Assembly: GCA_963711835.1 (NCBI GenBank)
Contig: CAVQFQ010000017.1
Coordinates: 544,001 to 608,000, forward strand
From: an uncultured delta proteobacterium
GTDB taxonomy: Bacteria; Desulfobacterota; RBG-13-43-22
Length of the DNA: 64,000 nt
Direction of reading: 5' to 3'
The notes under the pieces are model-generated. The model searched no databases. It saw only the letters and a program-made list of their open reading frames with translations, and was not told the origin of the DNA. Positions 30,013-40,825 of this stretch are shown piece by piece. The first letter of the stretch is position 1; each line of letters begins with the position of its first letter. A program made the translations under genes and the position numbers.

Positions 30013-31026
30013 ATGTCTCCCTCCTCCCGAAGATTTATCCTGGACCTTCTGATCTTCGCCCTGATCGTGCTCGGCGGTTGTATCGGCTTTATGGTGATTG
30101 AGGGCTGGACGGCCTTTGACGCCCTTTACATGACCATTACCACCCTGAGTACCGTGGGTTTCATGGAAGTCCATCCCTTGAGCACCACCGGCAGGATCTT
30201 TACCATGATTATGATTCTATCCGGAGTCGGGTTTATCCTTTATTTCCTGGGCAGCCTGACCCGGATGATAGTGGAAGGAACGATTAAAGATATCTTCGGG
30301 AGGCGAACCTTGGAAAAGAAGATCCATCATATTTCAAACCATTATATCGTTTGCGGGTATGGACGGATCGGCAGGACCGTCACCCAACTGCTTCGGGAAA
30401 AGCCGTTGGAGGTGGTGGTCATTGAGAAGGATGCGGAGTATATCGCCGGTTTCCAGGAAAAAAACCTGCTCTATGTCCTGGGGGAGGCCACCTCCGAAGA
30501 AAATCTGCTCAAGGCCGGAATTGAAAGGGCCCGGGGGCTGGTGGCCGCTGCCTCCTCCGATGCCGATAATGTCTATATTGCCTTGACCGCGCGAGGATTA
30601 AACCCCAATTTATATATCCTGGCCCGGGCCGCCGAGGAAGCCTCCGTTAAAAAATTAATCCGGGCCGGAGCCGACAGCGTCGTCTCTCCCTATGAGATCG
30701 GGGCCCGCCGTATGGCCAATACCATTCTGCGTCCGGCCGTGGTGGATTTCATCGAGTTTGCCGTTCATGACCGCAGTCTGCAACTGCAGATGGAAGAGTT
30801 GACCGTCAGGGAAAATTCCAGAATAAAAGAGGTTACCCTGATGGAGGCGGGGATCCGAAAAGATTATGATCTGATTGTGGTGGCCATTAAGAAAAAATCG
30901 GGGGAAATGATTTTCAACCCCTCCTCCAATGCCAAAATACAGATCGGGGACACCTTGATCGCTTTAGGGGAACGGGATAATTTGAGCCGCTTGGAGAAAA
31001 AACTGGGCCTATTAACAAACTCATAA
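30013..31026 (+). CDS. 2-TM potassium-channel-like protein with RCK (TrkA-N/TrkA-C) domains
   Basis: DALYMTITTLSTVGF pore helix; HYIVCGYGRIG Rossmann motif; C-terminal RCK_C. Confidence 0.9.
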   Translation: MSPSSRRFILDLLIFALIVLGGCIGFMVIEGWTAFDALYMTITTLSTVGFMEVHPLSTTGRIFTMIMILSGVGFILYFLGSLTRMIVEGTIKDIFGRRTLEKKIHHISNHYIVCGYGRIGRTVTQLLREKPLEVVVIEKDAEYIAGFQEKNLLYVLGEATSEENLLKAGIERARGLVAAASSDADNVYIALTARGLNPNLYILARAAEEASVKKLIRAGADSVVSPYEIGARRMANTILRPAVVDFIEFAVHDRSLQLQMEELTVRENSRIKEVTLMEAGIRKDYDLIVVAIKKKSGEMIFNPSSNAKIQIGDTLIALGERDNLSRLEKKLGLLTNS

Positions 31027-31035
31027 TTATGGGTA

Positions 31036-31290
31036 CCTGACGGGGCTGCCTTTTCTTCTGTCTGCGGCTTTCGGGCTGGTCTTTTCTTCGGACTTATCCA
31101 CGGGAGATCCTTTACCCCCTCCGCATTCTCGCCTGCTAAAAATCAACGGGCGAGCTGCGGTTTCCCCCATGGATAGGTCCGGAAACCGGGTCCCGCCCCG
31201 GAGGGGTGGGTGTAAGCGTTGTCTTGGACGCGAACAAAAGACAGCGCCCTTTCGCCAATGACTTCAGAAAAAGCAGCCCCGTCTGCCCTG
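31036..31290 (+). ncRNA. Unassigned highly structured element (candidate ncRNA or MITE)
   Basis: Closing stem gacggggctgc (31039) / gcagccccgtc (31273) encloses four hairpin arms with several G-U pairs on the + strand. Confidence 0.5.
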
Positions 31291-31335
31291 GTAATGTCAG
31301 TGCTATCATGAGAATATTAATAAGCTAAAAGGGGC

Positions 31336-32187
31336 TTAGGCCGCCCCATAGCTGTGGAGACCGGAGAGAACAAAATTTACCCCGAAATAGGTAAACAGGA
31401 CACAGCCGAAGCCGATAATGGAGAGCCAGGCGATGCGCCGGCCATGCCAGCCCTTGATCATCCGGGCATGCAGTAAGGCGGCATAGACCAGCCAGGTGAT
31501 CAGAGACCAGGTTTCCTTGGGATCCCAGCTCCAATAAGTCCCCCAGGCCGAATGGGCCCAGATCGAACCCGTAGCAATCCCCACCGTCAGCAGCAGAAAC
31601 CCGATGACGATGGTCTGGTAAATAAGATCATCCAAGGTCCGGAGGTCGGGAAAAAAAGAAAGTCCCTCCTTCCCGGAAGCGGTTGAAGCCGAGTTGGATT
31701 TTTTAATCAAATACATGATACTCAGACTGCAGGAAACGGCCAAGGCGGCGTAACCTAAAAAACAGGTAATGACATGGGCGATAAGCCAATTGCTCTGCAA
31801 GGCCGGAAGAAGAGGTTGGATCCGGGTATTCATATTCGGGGAAAAGGAAGCATAGGCCATGGACAAAAAAGCAAAAGGAGTGGCAAAAACCCCGATCGTT
31901 TTTGATTTTGTTTTGAGCTCGAGGAGCAGGTAAATGAGGGCAATGGTCCAGGCAAAAAAGATCAGGGATTCATAAAGATTGGACAGCGGCGCGTGCCCGA
32001 TCCCCAGTTGGTAGGATTCAACCCAGCGCAGGATAATGGCGGCCGTATGAGTGGCCAGTACGGCCCAGGTAAGCCCGGTGGCCCCTTTACCAAGCCCCGG
32101 CCTTCTCAGGACCATGGCGTTCAGGTAGAAAAGGGCCGCAAAAAAATAACCGAAGGTAACCAGGCTGAGTAAAAAAGAACTTGTCAT
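31336..32187 (-). CDS. System II cytochrome c biogenesis protein (ResC/CcsA-type, WWD domain); start at ATG 32187
   Basis: GHAPLSNLYES, PALQSNWL, GSIWAHSAWGTYWSWDPKETW, GLHSYG. Confidence 0.93.
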   Translation of the reverse strand: MTSSFLLSLVTFGYFFAALFYLNAMVLRRPGLGKGATGLTWAVLATHTAAIILRWVESYQLGIGHAPLSNLYESLIFFAWTIALIYLLLELKTKSKTIGVFATPFAFLSMAYASFSPNMNTRIQPLLPALQSNWLIAHVITCFLGYAALAVSCSLSIMYLIKKSNSASTASGKEGLSFFPDLRTLDDLIYQTIVIGFLLLTVGIATGSIWAHSAWGTYWSWDPKETWSLITWLVYAALLHARMIKGWHGRRIAWLSIIGFGCVLFTYFGVNFVLSGLHSYGAA

Positions 32188-33548
32188 AACGTGCTCCGAA
32201 TCTTTTCGAATAGTCGATCCATTTTGAGGACAAAAGCCCCCCGGTTTTTGTGGGCCGTTCCTCCCATCAGGACTTCGGTCTTGACCCTGCCCTTGGGATC
32301 CTTTTTCTCTCGAATCCAGATCCAGAGCTGTTGATGAGAGAAATAGAAGGTCACAATAAATCCGAGCAACATCAGCGAGGAGCCCACCCAGATAAACCAT
32401 ATCCCGGGGTCCCGATTTACCTGGAGACCGGTTATGTACTGGGTCTGGATTTCTTTGATCCCGAGACGGAATTCTCCCAGACGGTTTCCATGAAAACCCG
32501 GGTGGTTGGCTAAAACCCAGCCGTGGTCGATTTCCTCCTGATCCTTAAAAAGGAGGATTCCCAAGGCCGGACCCAGATCCGAAAGATTGGAGACAAAGCG
32601 AACCGCCTCCAAGGCAAAAGGGGTTCCCGGGATGGGGGTCCTTTGATCCATTTGCGTCAGAACCTCGGACTGGGTCTCTCCCTTTTTTATGGAAATCTTC
32701 AGGGAGGTAGGGGATTGGTCATAGGAGGATTGATAAAAGGTAATCCCCTTATAGGTGAAGGGATCATTAACCCGGATAACGGCTTTGTCCTTGGCTTCTC
32801 CCCCTTCCAGGATGGTGAGATCGGATCGGTATTCCTTGGGCAGGCCGTTTTCATAAAAGGTAATCCCGAACCGATCCAATCGGACTGAAAAATCAAGGGG
32901 TTTGAGAAGGTTTTGTCCCCGGAGGATGATATGATCCTTGCTTTGGCCTTCCTTAAGCTCCAGGACTCCTTTAAACCCAAAGAGGGAACCGATAATAGCC
33001 CCGGCGAAGATAACCAGGACGCTGAGATGCACCAAATAGACCCCAAACCGGGAATAGCGTCCTTTTTCCCCATAGTAAACCGTTCCAGAATCGGAGGCCA
33101 GGGGGATTATTTTTTTAAAATGCCCCTGAAGGAGGGCCCGCAGCGATTCCCGGATCCTGGCTGGATCCTGACCGGAAATGCCCTTTTCATGAAAAGGCAG
33201 GGAATTAAAAAGAGGGTCGTTGACCGGCCGCGGGGAAGCGGTAATGACCTTCCAGGTTTGGGAAAAACGCTTGATGGAACAAACAATAAGGTTGGCCGCC
33301 AAGAGGAGCAGGAGCCACTGGAACCACCAGGAATGGTACATGTCATCCAACTGAAAATACCGGATGACCTTCCCGGCCGCGGAACCGTAGCGGCTGGTAT
33401 AAAGACCCAGGGGTTCACCCTGGGGGAGGACGGTTCCCAGGATGGAAGTACTAGCCAGGGTAATTAAGATGACCAGGGCCAGCCTAACGGAGGCAAAAAA
33501 CTCGGTGATTTCGGAAAAAAAACCTTTGGATGGTTTTGGATCAGCCAT
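32184..33548 (-). CDS. resB: Cytochrome c biogenesis protein ResB
   Basis: FASVRLA, GTVLPQ, DMYHSWWF, YLVHLS, VNDPFTYKGITFYQSSY, TGLQVNRDPG. Confidence 0.92.
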   Translation of the reverse strand: MADPKPSKGFFSEITEFFASVRLALVILITLASTSILGTVLPQGEPLGLYTSRYGSAAGKVIRYFQLDDMYHSWWFQWLLLLLAANLIVCSIKRFSQTWKVITASPRPVNDPLFNSLPFHEKGISGQDPARIRESLRALLQGHFKKIIPLASDSGTVYYGEKGRYSRFGVYLVHLSVLVIFAGAIIGSLFGFKGVLELKEGQSKDHIILRGQNLLKPLDFSVRLDRFGITFYENGLPKEYRSDLTILEGGEAKDKAVIRVNDPFTYKGITFYQSSYDQSPTSLKISIKKGETQSEVLTQMDQRTPIPGTPFALEAVRFVSNLSDLGPALGILLFKDQEEIDHGWVLANHPGFHGNRLGEFRLGIKEIQTQYITGLQVNRDPGIWFIWVGSSLMLLGFIVTFYFSHQQLWIWIREKKDPKGRVKTEVLMGGTAHKNRGAFVLKMDRLFEKIRSTL

Positions 33549-33868
33549 AGTTTGATAAAAAGGTAAGAATTTTTTTTAAGATAAGGCCCAGCGGTTAAAA
33601 GTCAACCAAGCTAACACAATCCTCCCCCAGGAACAACCTTTTCCTTTCTATTTTTTGTAACTATCTATTATTACTGTATTATTAATATAGAAAGCTATTG
33701 CTGACCTTTGCCCTGGGCTCCCGAGTCGCTCCCTTTTCGGCCAGCCCTCCTGCCGAATTAAAAACCTTGGCCTCCGGCCGGATATTTTTTTTGACAGGCT
33801 GTTGATTTTCGGATAAGAACAGAAGGCTATGTTAATCATATTGAAACAGCGACCGCCCCGGGTTTCCA

Positions 33869-34846
33869 ATGGGTTCCACTGATCCCTTCAGCGTCCAATT
33901 ACGGGAGGAGATCAAGAAGGTCGATTTTTACCTGGCCGACCATCTCAAATCCCATGTGCCTTTAATTTCGGAGATCAACCGGCATATCCTCCTGGGGGGA
34001 GGCAAGAGGCTCCGGCCCCTGTTATTTGTCCTTTGCTCCCGTCTTTGCGGAAACGTTGAAGAGCGGAGCTATTACCTCTCGGCAATCTTTGAGTACCTCC
34101 ATGCCGCTACTCTGCTCCATGATGATGTTATCGACAAGGCCGATATGAGGCGGGGTAAACCGGCGGCCAACACCCTCTGGGGCAATTCGGCCTCGGTCCT
34201 GGTGGGGGATTTCTTGCTGGCCAAATCCTTTTCCCTGGCCGTCGAAAGTCAACGGTTACGGCTTCTGGAAGTCCTTTCCAGGACTACCACCCAAATGGCT
34301 GAAGGCATGGTGCTGGAATTGGTTCACAGCCATAACCTTTTCGTGGATGAGGAGACCTACCTGGACATCCTGATTAATAAAACAGCCATTCTTATCTCAG
34401 CCGCCTGTCAAACCGGGGCCATTTGGGGAAAGGCCGCGCTGAAGGAGGAAGAGGCCCTGGCCCGCTTCGGATTGGAAATGGGGATTGCCTTCCAGATGGT
34501 CGATGACCTGCTGGATTATACCGCCACCGAAAAAGAATTCGGAAAACCGGTGGGAACGGATTTTAAAGAAGGCAAGATAACGCTCCCCCTTATCCACACC
34601 CTGCAACATTGTTCCCCGGAGGATCGGGATACCCTCAAGCAATTATCCCGAAAAGACCCCTTTTCCGAGGAAGATTTTAAAAGCCTGCTGGACCTGATCA
34701 ATCACCATCACGGCTTAGCCTATGCTCAGCAAAAGGCCCTGGAATATAAGAACCGGGCCCTGGAATCACTGGCTATCTTCCCGGTCACGGAAACCCGACA
34801 AATTCTGGAAGCTTTAACGGAATTTGTTGTGGAACGAAGGAAATAG
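33869..34846 (+). CDS. ispB: Polyprenyl diphosphate synthase (IspB-like)
   Basis: GGKRLRP, LLHDDVID...RRG, FQMVDDLLD, GKPVGTDFKEGKITLP. Confidence 0.88.
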   Translation: MGSTDPFSVQLREEIKKVDFYLADHLKSHVPLISEINRHILLGGGKRLRPLLFVLCSRLCGNVEERSYYLSAIFEYLHAATLLHDDVIDKADMRRGKPAANTLWGNSASVLVGDFLLAKSFSLAVESQRLRLLEVLSRTTTQMAEGMVLELVHSHNLFVDEETYLDILINKTAILISAACQTGAIWGKAALKEEEALARFGLEMGIAFQMVDDLLDYTATEKEFGKPVGTDFKEGKITLPLIHTLQHCSPEDRDTLKQLSRKDPFSEEDFKSLLDLINHHHGLAYAQQKALEYKNRALESLAIFPVTETRQILEALTEFVVERRK

Positions 34847-34920
34847 CCGATTGGCCTTTTGAGATTAAGCCGGCTGAAGCGGATAACGACGTCCAAAACA
34901 CGAGGAGGGAACAAGAAACC

Positions 34921-35292
34921 ATGATCCAATACCAACCGGCCCCGGATATTGAAGCCCAGCTAAAAAAAATCGCCCTCCGATTAAAGATGACGCATATTGA
35001 CCATAAAAGGGTCAAAGGCATCCGGAGCTATGGATCCTCCAGTCAAGGCGTCATTGCCCGGTGTCATGCCCTGCCCAAGGTCATGCAGTTGGCCTTGGGA
35101 ATAGGGGCCCATTACGTTGTTGAGATTATAAACGACCCCTTCGAACGCCTCTCCAAAGAAGACCAAACTAAGATCCTCATCCATGAACTGATGCATATCC
35201 CCCAGACCTTTGGGGGAGGATTCCGGATGCATCGGGATCACGTCACCCGGAAAAATGTGGAGAAGTTATACCGGGAACTGGTAAAAAAATAA
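34921..35292 (+). CDS. Small putative zinc metallopeptidase
   Basis: LIHELMHIP (HExxH) followed by GGFRMH. Confidence 0.75.
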   Translation: MIQYQPAPDIEAQLKKIALRLKMTHIDHKRVKGIRSYGSSSQGVIARCHALPKVMQLALGIGAHYVVEIINDPFERLSKEDQTKILIHELMHIPQTFGGGFRMHRDHVTRKNVEKLYRELVKK

Positions 35293-35386
35293 GGATAGTC
35301 CCAAAGGTACGTGATTTTTTAATCAGCCAATAGGGTTTCAGGGGGCCTTGATTTCGTGGATTGGCCATCCTTAGGCCTTCCTTTTG

Positions 35387-35632
35387 TTATTCCTCCGGCT
35401 CCGAAGCATCGTAGAGCAGGTTGTTGACCATGGAATGAAGAATGCCCGCCAGATAGATTTCATCGCCGATATCCGAGGAAAGGGAATGATAGACCCCTTC
35501 CTTATCCATGTAAAAAACAATCAGCTCCTTCATATTTTCCTGCTCTTCACTCAACCGCTCCAGAATATCGACCACCTGTTTCCGAGTTCGATCGATGTGT
35601 ATCAGCTTGCCCCTCTTTTCATTCATCGCCAC
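35387..35632 (-). CDS. Small acidic hypothetical protein
   Basis: 81-aa ORF with AGGAG upstream and plausible composition; family not recognised. Confidence 0.55.
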   Translation of the reverse strand: MAMNEKRGKLIHIDRTRKQVVDILERLSEEQENMKELIVFYMDKEGVYHSLSSDIGDEIYLAGILHSMVNNLLYDASEPEE

Positions 35633-35894
35633 AACTCCTTCGATTAAACAGGACGTTCCCGCCCCTTACCCAGCCTTATAAGGAAAGGGTTAAAAAATAT
35701 TCGGCTAAAAAAAAAGGAAGATTCGCCGGTAAAAAGGCCGGCCTGAGCGGCCAAGTTCCATACCGAACAAGCATAATCCGAATCCCCGGAAAAGACAAGC
35801 GCCTTTCCAATAAATACGAGCAAAGAGCTTTGAAATTTTTTTTAAAGTCCTGAAGAAGTGGTATAGGGGTTTCTTATTTCTTGAAAGGGTCCGT

Positions 35895-36785
35895 TCAAGA
35901 ATCCAACAAGAGGTTATACTTCTCCACCAGGAATTCAGGATGGTAAGACATTTTCGCTTTCCGCAGCCCTTCCAGTCCCAGGTCCTGTTCCCGGTTGACC
36001 AAGGGGATGCCTTTCCATTCCTTCTCCAGAAACTGCTGCTGGATCACCTGGTACAGGCCGGAAAGATCGGGATTGGCCTTTTCAAAGTGAATCACCACGG
36101 TCTTGGGATTCAATAACTCCCCGAGGGTAAAGGCCTCCACCTTATTATTGACTCGAATGACCCCTCCTTTAAACATCAACCGATCAATGTGGGTGAAGGC
36201 CTCGATAATGGCTTGTTCTTCGCTTAGAAGGCTGGGGGATTCAAAGCACTGCCGCAACCGGCACCACTCCTCCTGAAGATTTAAACACTCGCCGATCAGG
36301 TTCGGTGTCAAGGGCTGATAATCCCAGGCCTGTTGTTTCATAAACCGGTTGCGGTGATTTTTATAGGTGTGGTAGCGATTCCCCGAAAGGCGGATCAGGT
36401 TATCGGTTAAATAAACATAATCACTGTTATCCCGATCCAGAATTTTTCGATGGCCGGGGAAGGAGGCGATGTTTTCAGCCTGGGAGGCCGGGACCCGTCC
36501 CATCCGGGGAGGATAATGGCGCTCTTTCAAGTAGGCGAAACAATCCGCCGCCCAGGAACCGAGATCCCCTTCCCCTACCGGAGGAAAGAAAAAAGGAGCC
36601 TGGTCGCGAGGCTGGGCCAACAGGGTCAAAAAGCCCTGATGAAAGGCAACCTCAAAACGGTAATTATGCCTCCAGATAAAGAGATTGGTGAAGCTCAATT
36701 CGGAAATCTCCACTGGATAGCGCCGGAGAATCGCTTCGATCGGGAATTGATGGTCCAGGGAGAGGGGTTGTAAAGGTGGAAGCAT
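35895..36785 (-). CDS. DUF2156 / aminoacyl-phosphatidylglycerol synthase C-terminal-like GNAT protein
   Basis: SELSFTNLFIW, DYVY...LSGNRY...KNH.NRF, HFEKAN, NREQDLGLEGLRKAKMSYHP. Confidence 0.88.
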   Translation of the reverse strand: MLPPLQPLSLDHQFPIEAILRRYPVEISELSFTNLFIWRHNYRFEVAFHQGFLTLLAQPRDQAPFFFPPVGEGDLGSWAADCFAYLKERHYPPRMGRVPASQAENIASFPGHRKILDRDNSDYVYLTDNLIRLSGNRYHTYKNHRNRFMKQQAWDYQPLTPNLIGECLNLQEEWCRLRQCFESPSLLSEEQAIIEAFTHIDRLMFKGGVIRVNNKVEAFTLGELLNPKTVVIHFEKANPDLSGLYQVIQQQFLEKEWKGIPLVNREQDLGLEGLRKAKMSYHPEFLVEKYNLLLDS

Positions 36786-36799
36786 GGATCCGAAAGCCT

Positions 36800-37660
36800 T
36801 CAGCCTCTCGAAGCGCCCCAGCCGGCCTGGGCTTTCAGTTTTTGCAGCAGCTCGTAGGGTATCTTTAAATCACCATATCCGCTCAGAAGGTCCACCTTCT
36901 CCTTGTTGGCGCCATGAAAATCGGTCCCGCCGGTGCACAAGAGGCCCATTTCCTCAGCCAGGTCCCGATATTGGCCCGTCTGTTCCGAGGTGTGTTCGGA
37001 ATAATAGACCTCCAGGCCCTTTAGCCCTTCTTCTTTCAGGCCCAGAATCAGGGCCCTCAATTCCTGGATAGAGCCGGTGCTCAGGGTAAAAGGGTGGGCC
37101 AGAACCGCAATCCCGCCGGCCCGGCGGATTAGAGAGATGGCCTTCTCCGGAGGAAACCGGAATTTTTCCACATAGGCCAGGGCCCCTTTTCTCAAATACT
37201 TCTGAAAAGCCTCCTCCAGAGAGGAAACCGCCTTTAATTGCAGTAAGGCTTGGGCAATATGGGGGCGACCGATTTGCCCCGGGGCCAGGGCCGCGATCTG
37301 TTCCTGGGTGATCGGGATCCCGTACCCTTGGAGTTTTTTGATGATCTTCGGGTTTCTTTCCCGCCGGGCCTGCTGGAGAATGAGAAGTTCCCGGTTCAAA
37401 TTGGGATCGGCCCGGTTAAATAAGTAACCCAGGATATGCATAGTCCCCCCGGCATACTGGGCACTGATCTCCAATCCCGGAATGATCTCCAGACCGAATT
37501 CGGTCCCGGCCTGTAAGGCCTCCTCCAGGCCGGCCAGGGTATCGTGATCCGTCAGGGCCAGTGCGGCCGCTCCCCTTCTCTGGGCATAGGCTACCAGCTC
37601 CCGGGGGGTGAAGCTGCCGTCGGAGGCGTTGGAATGCGTGTGCAGATCGATCAGGCCCAT
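36800..37660 (-). CDS. PHP-domain phosphoesterase (YciV/TrpH-like)
   Basis: IDLHTHSNASDG, ALTDHD, HILGY, GRPHIA, LAHP, GGTDFHG. Confidence 0.9.
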   Translation of the reverse strand: MGLIDLHTHSNASDGSFTPRELVAYAQRRGAAALALTDHDTLAGLEEALQAGTEFGLEIIPGLEISAQYAGGTMHILGYLFNRADPNLNRELLILQQARRERNPKIIKKLQGYGIPITQEQIAALAPGQIGRPHIAQALLQLKAVSSLEEAFQKYLRKGALAYVEKFRFPPEKAISLIRRAGGIAVLAHPFTLSTGSIQELRALILGLKEEGLKGLEVYYSEHTSEQTGQYRDLAEEMGLLCTGGTDFHGANKEKVDLLSGYGDLKIPYELLQKLKAQAGWGASRG

Positions 37661-37669
37661 GAAGAAATC

Positions 37670-40042
37670 TTAGCGTTTACAGGCCTTGGCTCTTTTACAA
37701 AGGGCCAGATCGACCACATCGTCCATACGCTCGACGAAATGAAATTTCAATCCCTTTTTTAGATGGGGGGGAATCTCCTCCAGGTCTTTTTCATTTTTCT
37801 TGGGCAAAATAATGGTCCCTATCCCGGCCCTTTTCGCCGCCAGGACCTTTTCCTTGATCCCACCGACCGGCAGGACCTGTCCTCGAAGGGTTATTTCACC
37901 AGTCATGGCCAGATCTCCCCGGACCGGTCTATCCGTTAGGAGAGAGGTTAAGGCCGCCAGGATGGCTACCCCGGCGGAGGGGCCGTCTTTGGGGATGGCC
38001 CCGGCCGGCACATGAACATGGATGTCATTTTTTTCATAAAAATCTTCCGGGATTCCCAACTGGCCGGCCTTGGATCGGATATAACTCAGACCCGCTCCGG
38101 CGGATTCCTTCATGACCTCTCCCAACTGCCCGGTCAAGGTCAGGGTCCTCCGGCCCGGCATCTTAGTCGCCTCCACGAAAAGGATATCCCCGCCGGACTG
38201 GGTCCAGGCCAGACCGGTGGCTACGCCCGGCTCTTGGGTCCGTTCAGCCAACTCGGAATAAAACCGGATAGGTCCCAGGTAGTGCGGCAGATCCCCGATC
38301 TTGATTTGTTTGGATTTTATCAGGCCTTCAGCCACCTCCCGGGCTACTCCACGGCACAGTGAGGCGATCTCTCTTTCCAAATTTCGCAGCCCGGCTTCCC
38401 GGGTATAGGAACGGATAATGGTCTGCAGGGCCTTTTTCTGGAAAGACAGGTTTTTTTGGGTCAGGCCATGCTCATGTAACTGTTTTGGAATTAAATGACT
38501 CTGAGCGATTTGGACCTTCTCCTCTTCAATATAACCGGACAGATCCAGGACTTCCATCCGGTCCCTTAAGGCCGGGGGGATGGTATCCAGGATATTAGCG
38601 GTGGTGATGAACATGACTTTAGAGAGATCAAATTCAACCTCCAGGTAATGATCCGAAAAGGTGGAGTTCTGTTCCGGATCCAGGACCTCCAGCAGGGCCG
38701 AGGAAGGGTCTCCCCGAAAATCCGTGCCCACTTTATCGATTTCATCCAGTATAAAAACCGGGTTATTTGAGCCGGCCTTGCGCAGCTCCTGTATGATCCG
38801 TCCCGGCAGGGCCCCCACATAGGTGCGCCGATGGCCTCTGATTTCAGCTTCGTCCCGAACCCCGCCTAAAGACATCCGGATAAATTTTCTTCCCAAGGCC
38901 CGGGCAATGGACCGGCCCAGAGAAGTTTTCCCCGTCCCCGGCGGTCCGGCAAAACACAGGATAGGTCCCTTCATATCCGGTTTGAGTTTCCGTACCGCCA
39001 GATATTCCAGGATCCTTTTCTTGACTTTTTCCAGGTCGAAATGATCCTCATCCAGGACCTGAGCGGCGGCCTTAATGTCAAGATTGTCTTCCGTCTTTAC
39101 CTGCCAGGGGAGCTCTGTCAACCAATCCAGATAGGAAAGGGCCACCGTATATTCCGGGGAAGCCGGGTTCATTCGGGCCAGCCGGTTCAATTCCCTTTCC
39201 GCTTCCTTGGCCGCACCGGGCGGCAGCCCCCGCTCCCCGATCTTCTTCCGATATTCCTCTATTTCCAGTGACTTTTCATCCTTTTCTCCCAATTCCTTCT
39301 GAATCGCTTTCAATTGTTCCCGGAGGTAATATTCCCGCTGGCTTTTGTCGATCCCCTCCTTGACTTCGGACTGAATTTTCTTCCCCAATTCCAATACTTC
39401 CAGTTCCTTGGTCAGGATTACGGTTATTTTTTGGAGTCTTTGTTTGACCTCTAGGGCTTCCAGAATCTCCTGTTTTTCTTCTTTGCTGACATTCAACGTC
39501 GAAGAGATCATGTCGGCCAAAGGCCCGGGGTCATCCACACTCTGAGCCAGCAGCCCCAATTCCGAGGGCAGGTAGGGAGACAGTTCCAGGACCTTGGTAA
39601 AAAGTCCCCGGGCATTATTCATCAGGGCGATGGTCTCCTTGCTTGAATCGGTCGAATCCTTGACGGCTTCAATTTTTGCCTTCAGGTAGGGATCAAGCCC
39701 GGTAAATTCCGTGATCTTGAACCGGGACAAGCCCTGGATCATGATCCGAACCCCTCCCTCAGGCACCTTGGCCATTTTAAGGATCGAGCCCACGGTCCCG
39801 TATTCGTAGAGGTCTTCCGGATTGACGGTCTCTTTTCCTTTTCCCTGGATCATGACGATACCGATCAGGTGATCCTTAAGCAGGGCTTCATCAATCAACT
39901 GAATCCAGTTTTTTTCCCATATCATCAGGGGCAGGACCATCCTGGGGAACAAGGCCACATCCAGCACAGGCAAAATAGGCACCTCTTCAGGGATGGTCAG
40001 GACCTGGGACTGGATCGGCAAGTTTGTTTCATTCGCTTCCAT
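37670..40042 (-). CDS. lon: ATP-dependent protease La
   Basis: [41 protein letters not shown]. Confidence 0.97.
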   Translation of the reverse strand: MEANETNLPIQSQVLTIPEEVPILPVLDVALFPRMVLPLMIWEKNWIQLIDEALLKDHLIGIVMIQGKGKETVNPEDLYEYGTVGSILKMAKVPEGGVRIMIQGLSRFKITEFTGLDPYLKAKIEAVKDSTDSSKETIALMNNARGLFTKVLELSPYLPSELGLLAQSVDDPGPLADMISSTLNVSKEEKQEILEALEVKQRLQKITVILTKELEVLELGKKIQSEVKEGIDKSQREYYLREQLKAIQKELGEKDEKSLEIEEYRKKIGERGLPPGAAKEAERELNRLARMNPASPEYTVALSYLDWLTELPWQVKTEDNLDIKAAAQVLDEDHFDLEKVKKRILEYLAVRKLKPDMKGPILCFAGPPGTGKTSLGRSIARALGRKFIRMSLGGVRDEAEIRGHRRTYVGALPGRIIQELRKAGSNNPVFILDEIDKVGTDFRGDPSSALLEVLDPEQNSTFSDHYLEVEFDLSKVMFITTANILDTIPPALRDRMEVLDLSGYIEEEKVQIAQSHLIPKQLHEHGLTQKNLSFQKKALQTIIRSYTREAGLRNLEREIASLCRGVAREVAEGLIKSKQIKIGDLPHYLGPIRFYSELAERTQEPGVATGLAWTQSGGDILFVEATKMPGRRTLTLTGQLGEVMKESAGAGLSYIRSKAGQLGIPEDFYEKNDIHVHVPAGAIPKDGPSAGVAILAALTSLLTDRPVRGDLAMTGEITLRGQVLPVGGIKEKVLAAKRAGIGTIILPKKNEKDLEEIPPHLKKGLKFHFVERMDDVVDLALCKRAKACKR

Positions 40043-40078
40043 ACGACTCTCCTCACTATACTATCAAGCCAACAAAGG

Positions 40079-40501
40079 CTATTCGGATTTAATTTCTACC
40101 ACTTTTTTAGAGGCCGGCTTCTTAGGCAGGGTGACCACGAGCAGGCCCTCCCGGTACTGGGCTTGGATTTTCAATTCCTCGACCAGGGCCGGCAACTGAA
40201 AGATCTTTTCGAACGCGCCGAATTCTATTTCCATCTGCAGGTAACGAACCGCATTGGCCATAACCGGTCTTTCCCGCCGACCGGAAATGAAAACCCGGTT
40301 CTTTTTAACGCTGATCTGGATGTCTTCCTTTTTTATTCCGGATAATTCCGCCACAATCATAAAAGCTTCAGGTGTTTCCAAGATATCGATCTGGGGAGAC
40401 CAAATCCTTTGATCCAGCAAAAACCGGGGGCTCAGTTGATGAAGCATATCGTCCATCATGCGCCTCATTTGATTATGGAGTCGAGTCAAATCGCTGACCA
40501 C
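40079..40501 (-). CDS. Hsp20/alpha-crystallin small heat-shock protein
   Basis: WSPQIDILET...ISGRR...EIEFGAFEK...AQYREGLLVVTLPK. Confidence 0.92.
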   Translation of the reverse strand: MVSDLTRLHNQMRRMMDDMLHQLSPRFLLDQRIWSPQIDILETPEAFMIVAELSGIKKEDIQISVKKNRVFISGRRERPVMANAVRYLQMEIEFGAFEKIFQLPALVEELKIQAQYREGLLVVTLPKKPASKKVVEIKSE

Positions 40502-40825
40502 TAGCCTACCTCCTGTGCTAAGAAAAAACTCTGGGAATATTGCTCGGCCGTTTCCGATAAATGGGACGACCCTCTCTTTTTCAACAGGGTCTATTTATTT
40601 GATCTATTATAAGGTCCTAAGGGTCCGTTGTAAAGGAAAGGGGCTAAAATTTAGGAGCCGCCGGGAGGATCCGGACCGATCCGATTTAAAAAGAGGGGGT
40701 TAATTGATCCCCAAAGGCCTTAAGATTTTTCTTGCCCCGGTAAAAAAAATAAGCTATTAATATCATTTTCGTGTTTTTCAAGCTGGGTTCTAATAACGAA
40801 CGGATATGTTGAGGAGAGGATCTGG

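Noticed and set aside
29164-30174. 336-aa minus-strand ORF
   Set aside because: Antisense to the zinc-ribbon and channel genes, with no recognisable motifs.
31036-31290. tmRNA, SRP RNA, RNase P, c-di-AMP or fluoride riboswitch identity
   Set aside because: Only short chance similarities (GGGGCTG, AGGTCCGGAA, CCCGTCAG); the defining conserved motifs and spacing are absent.
32188-32400. N-terminal extension of the ResC/CcsA ORF
   Set aside because: It overlaps resB; ATG 32187, which overlaps the resB stop, is the plausible start.
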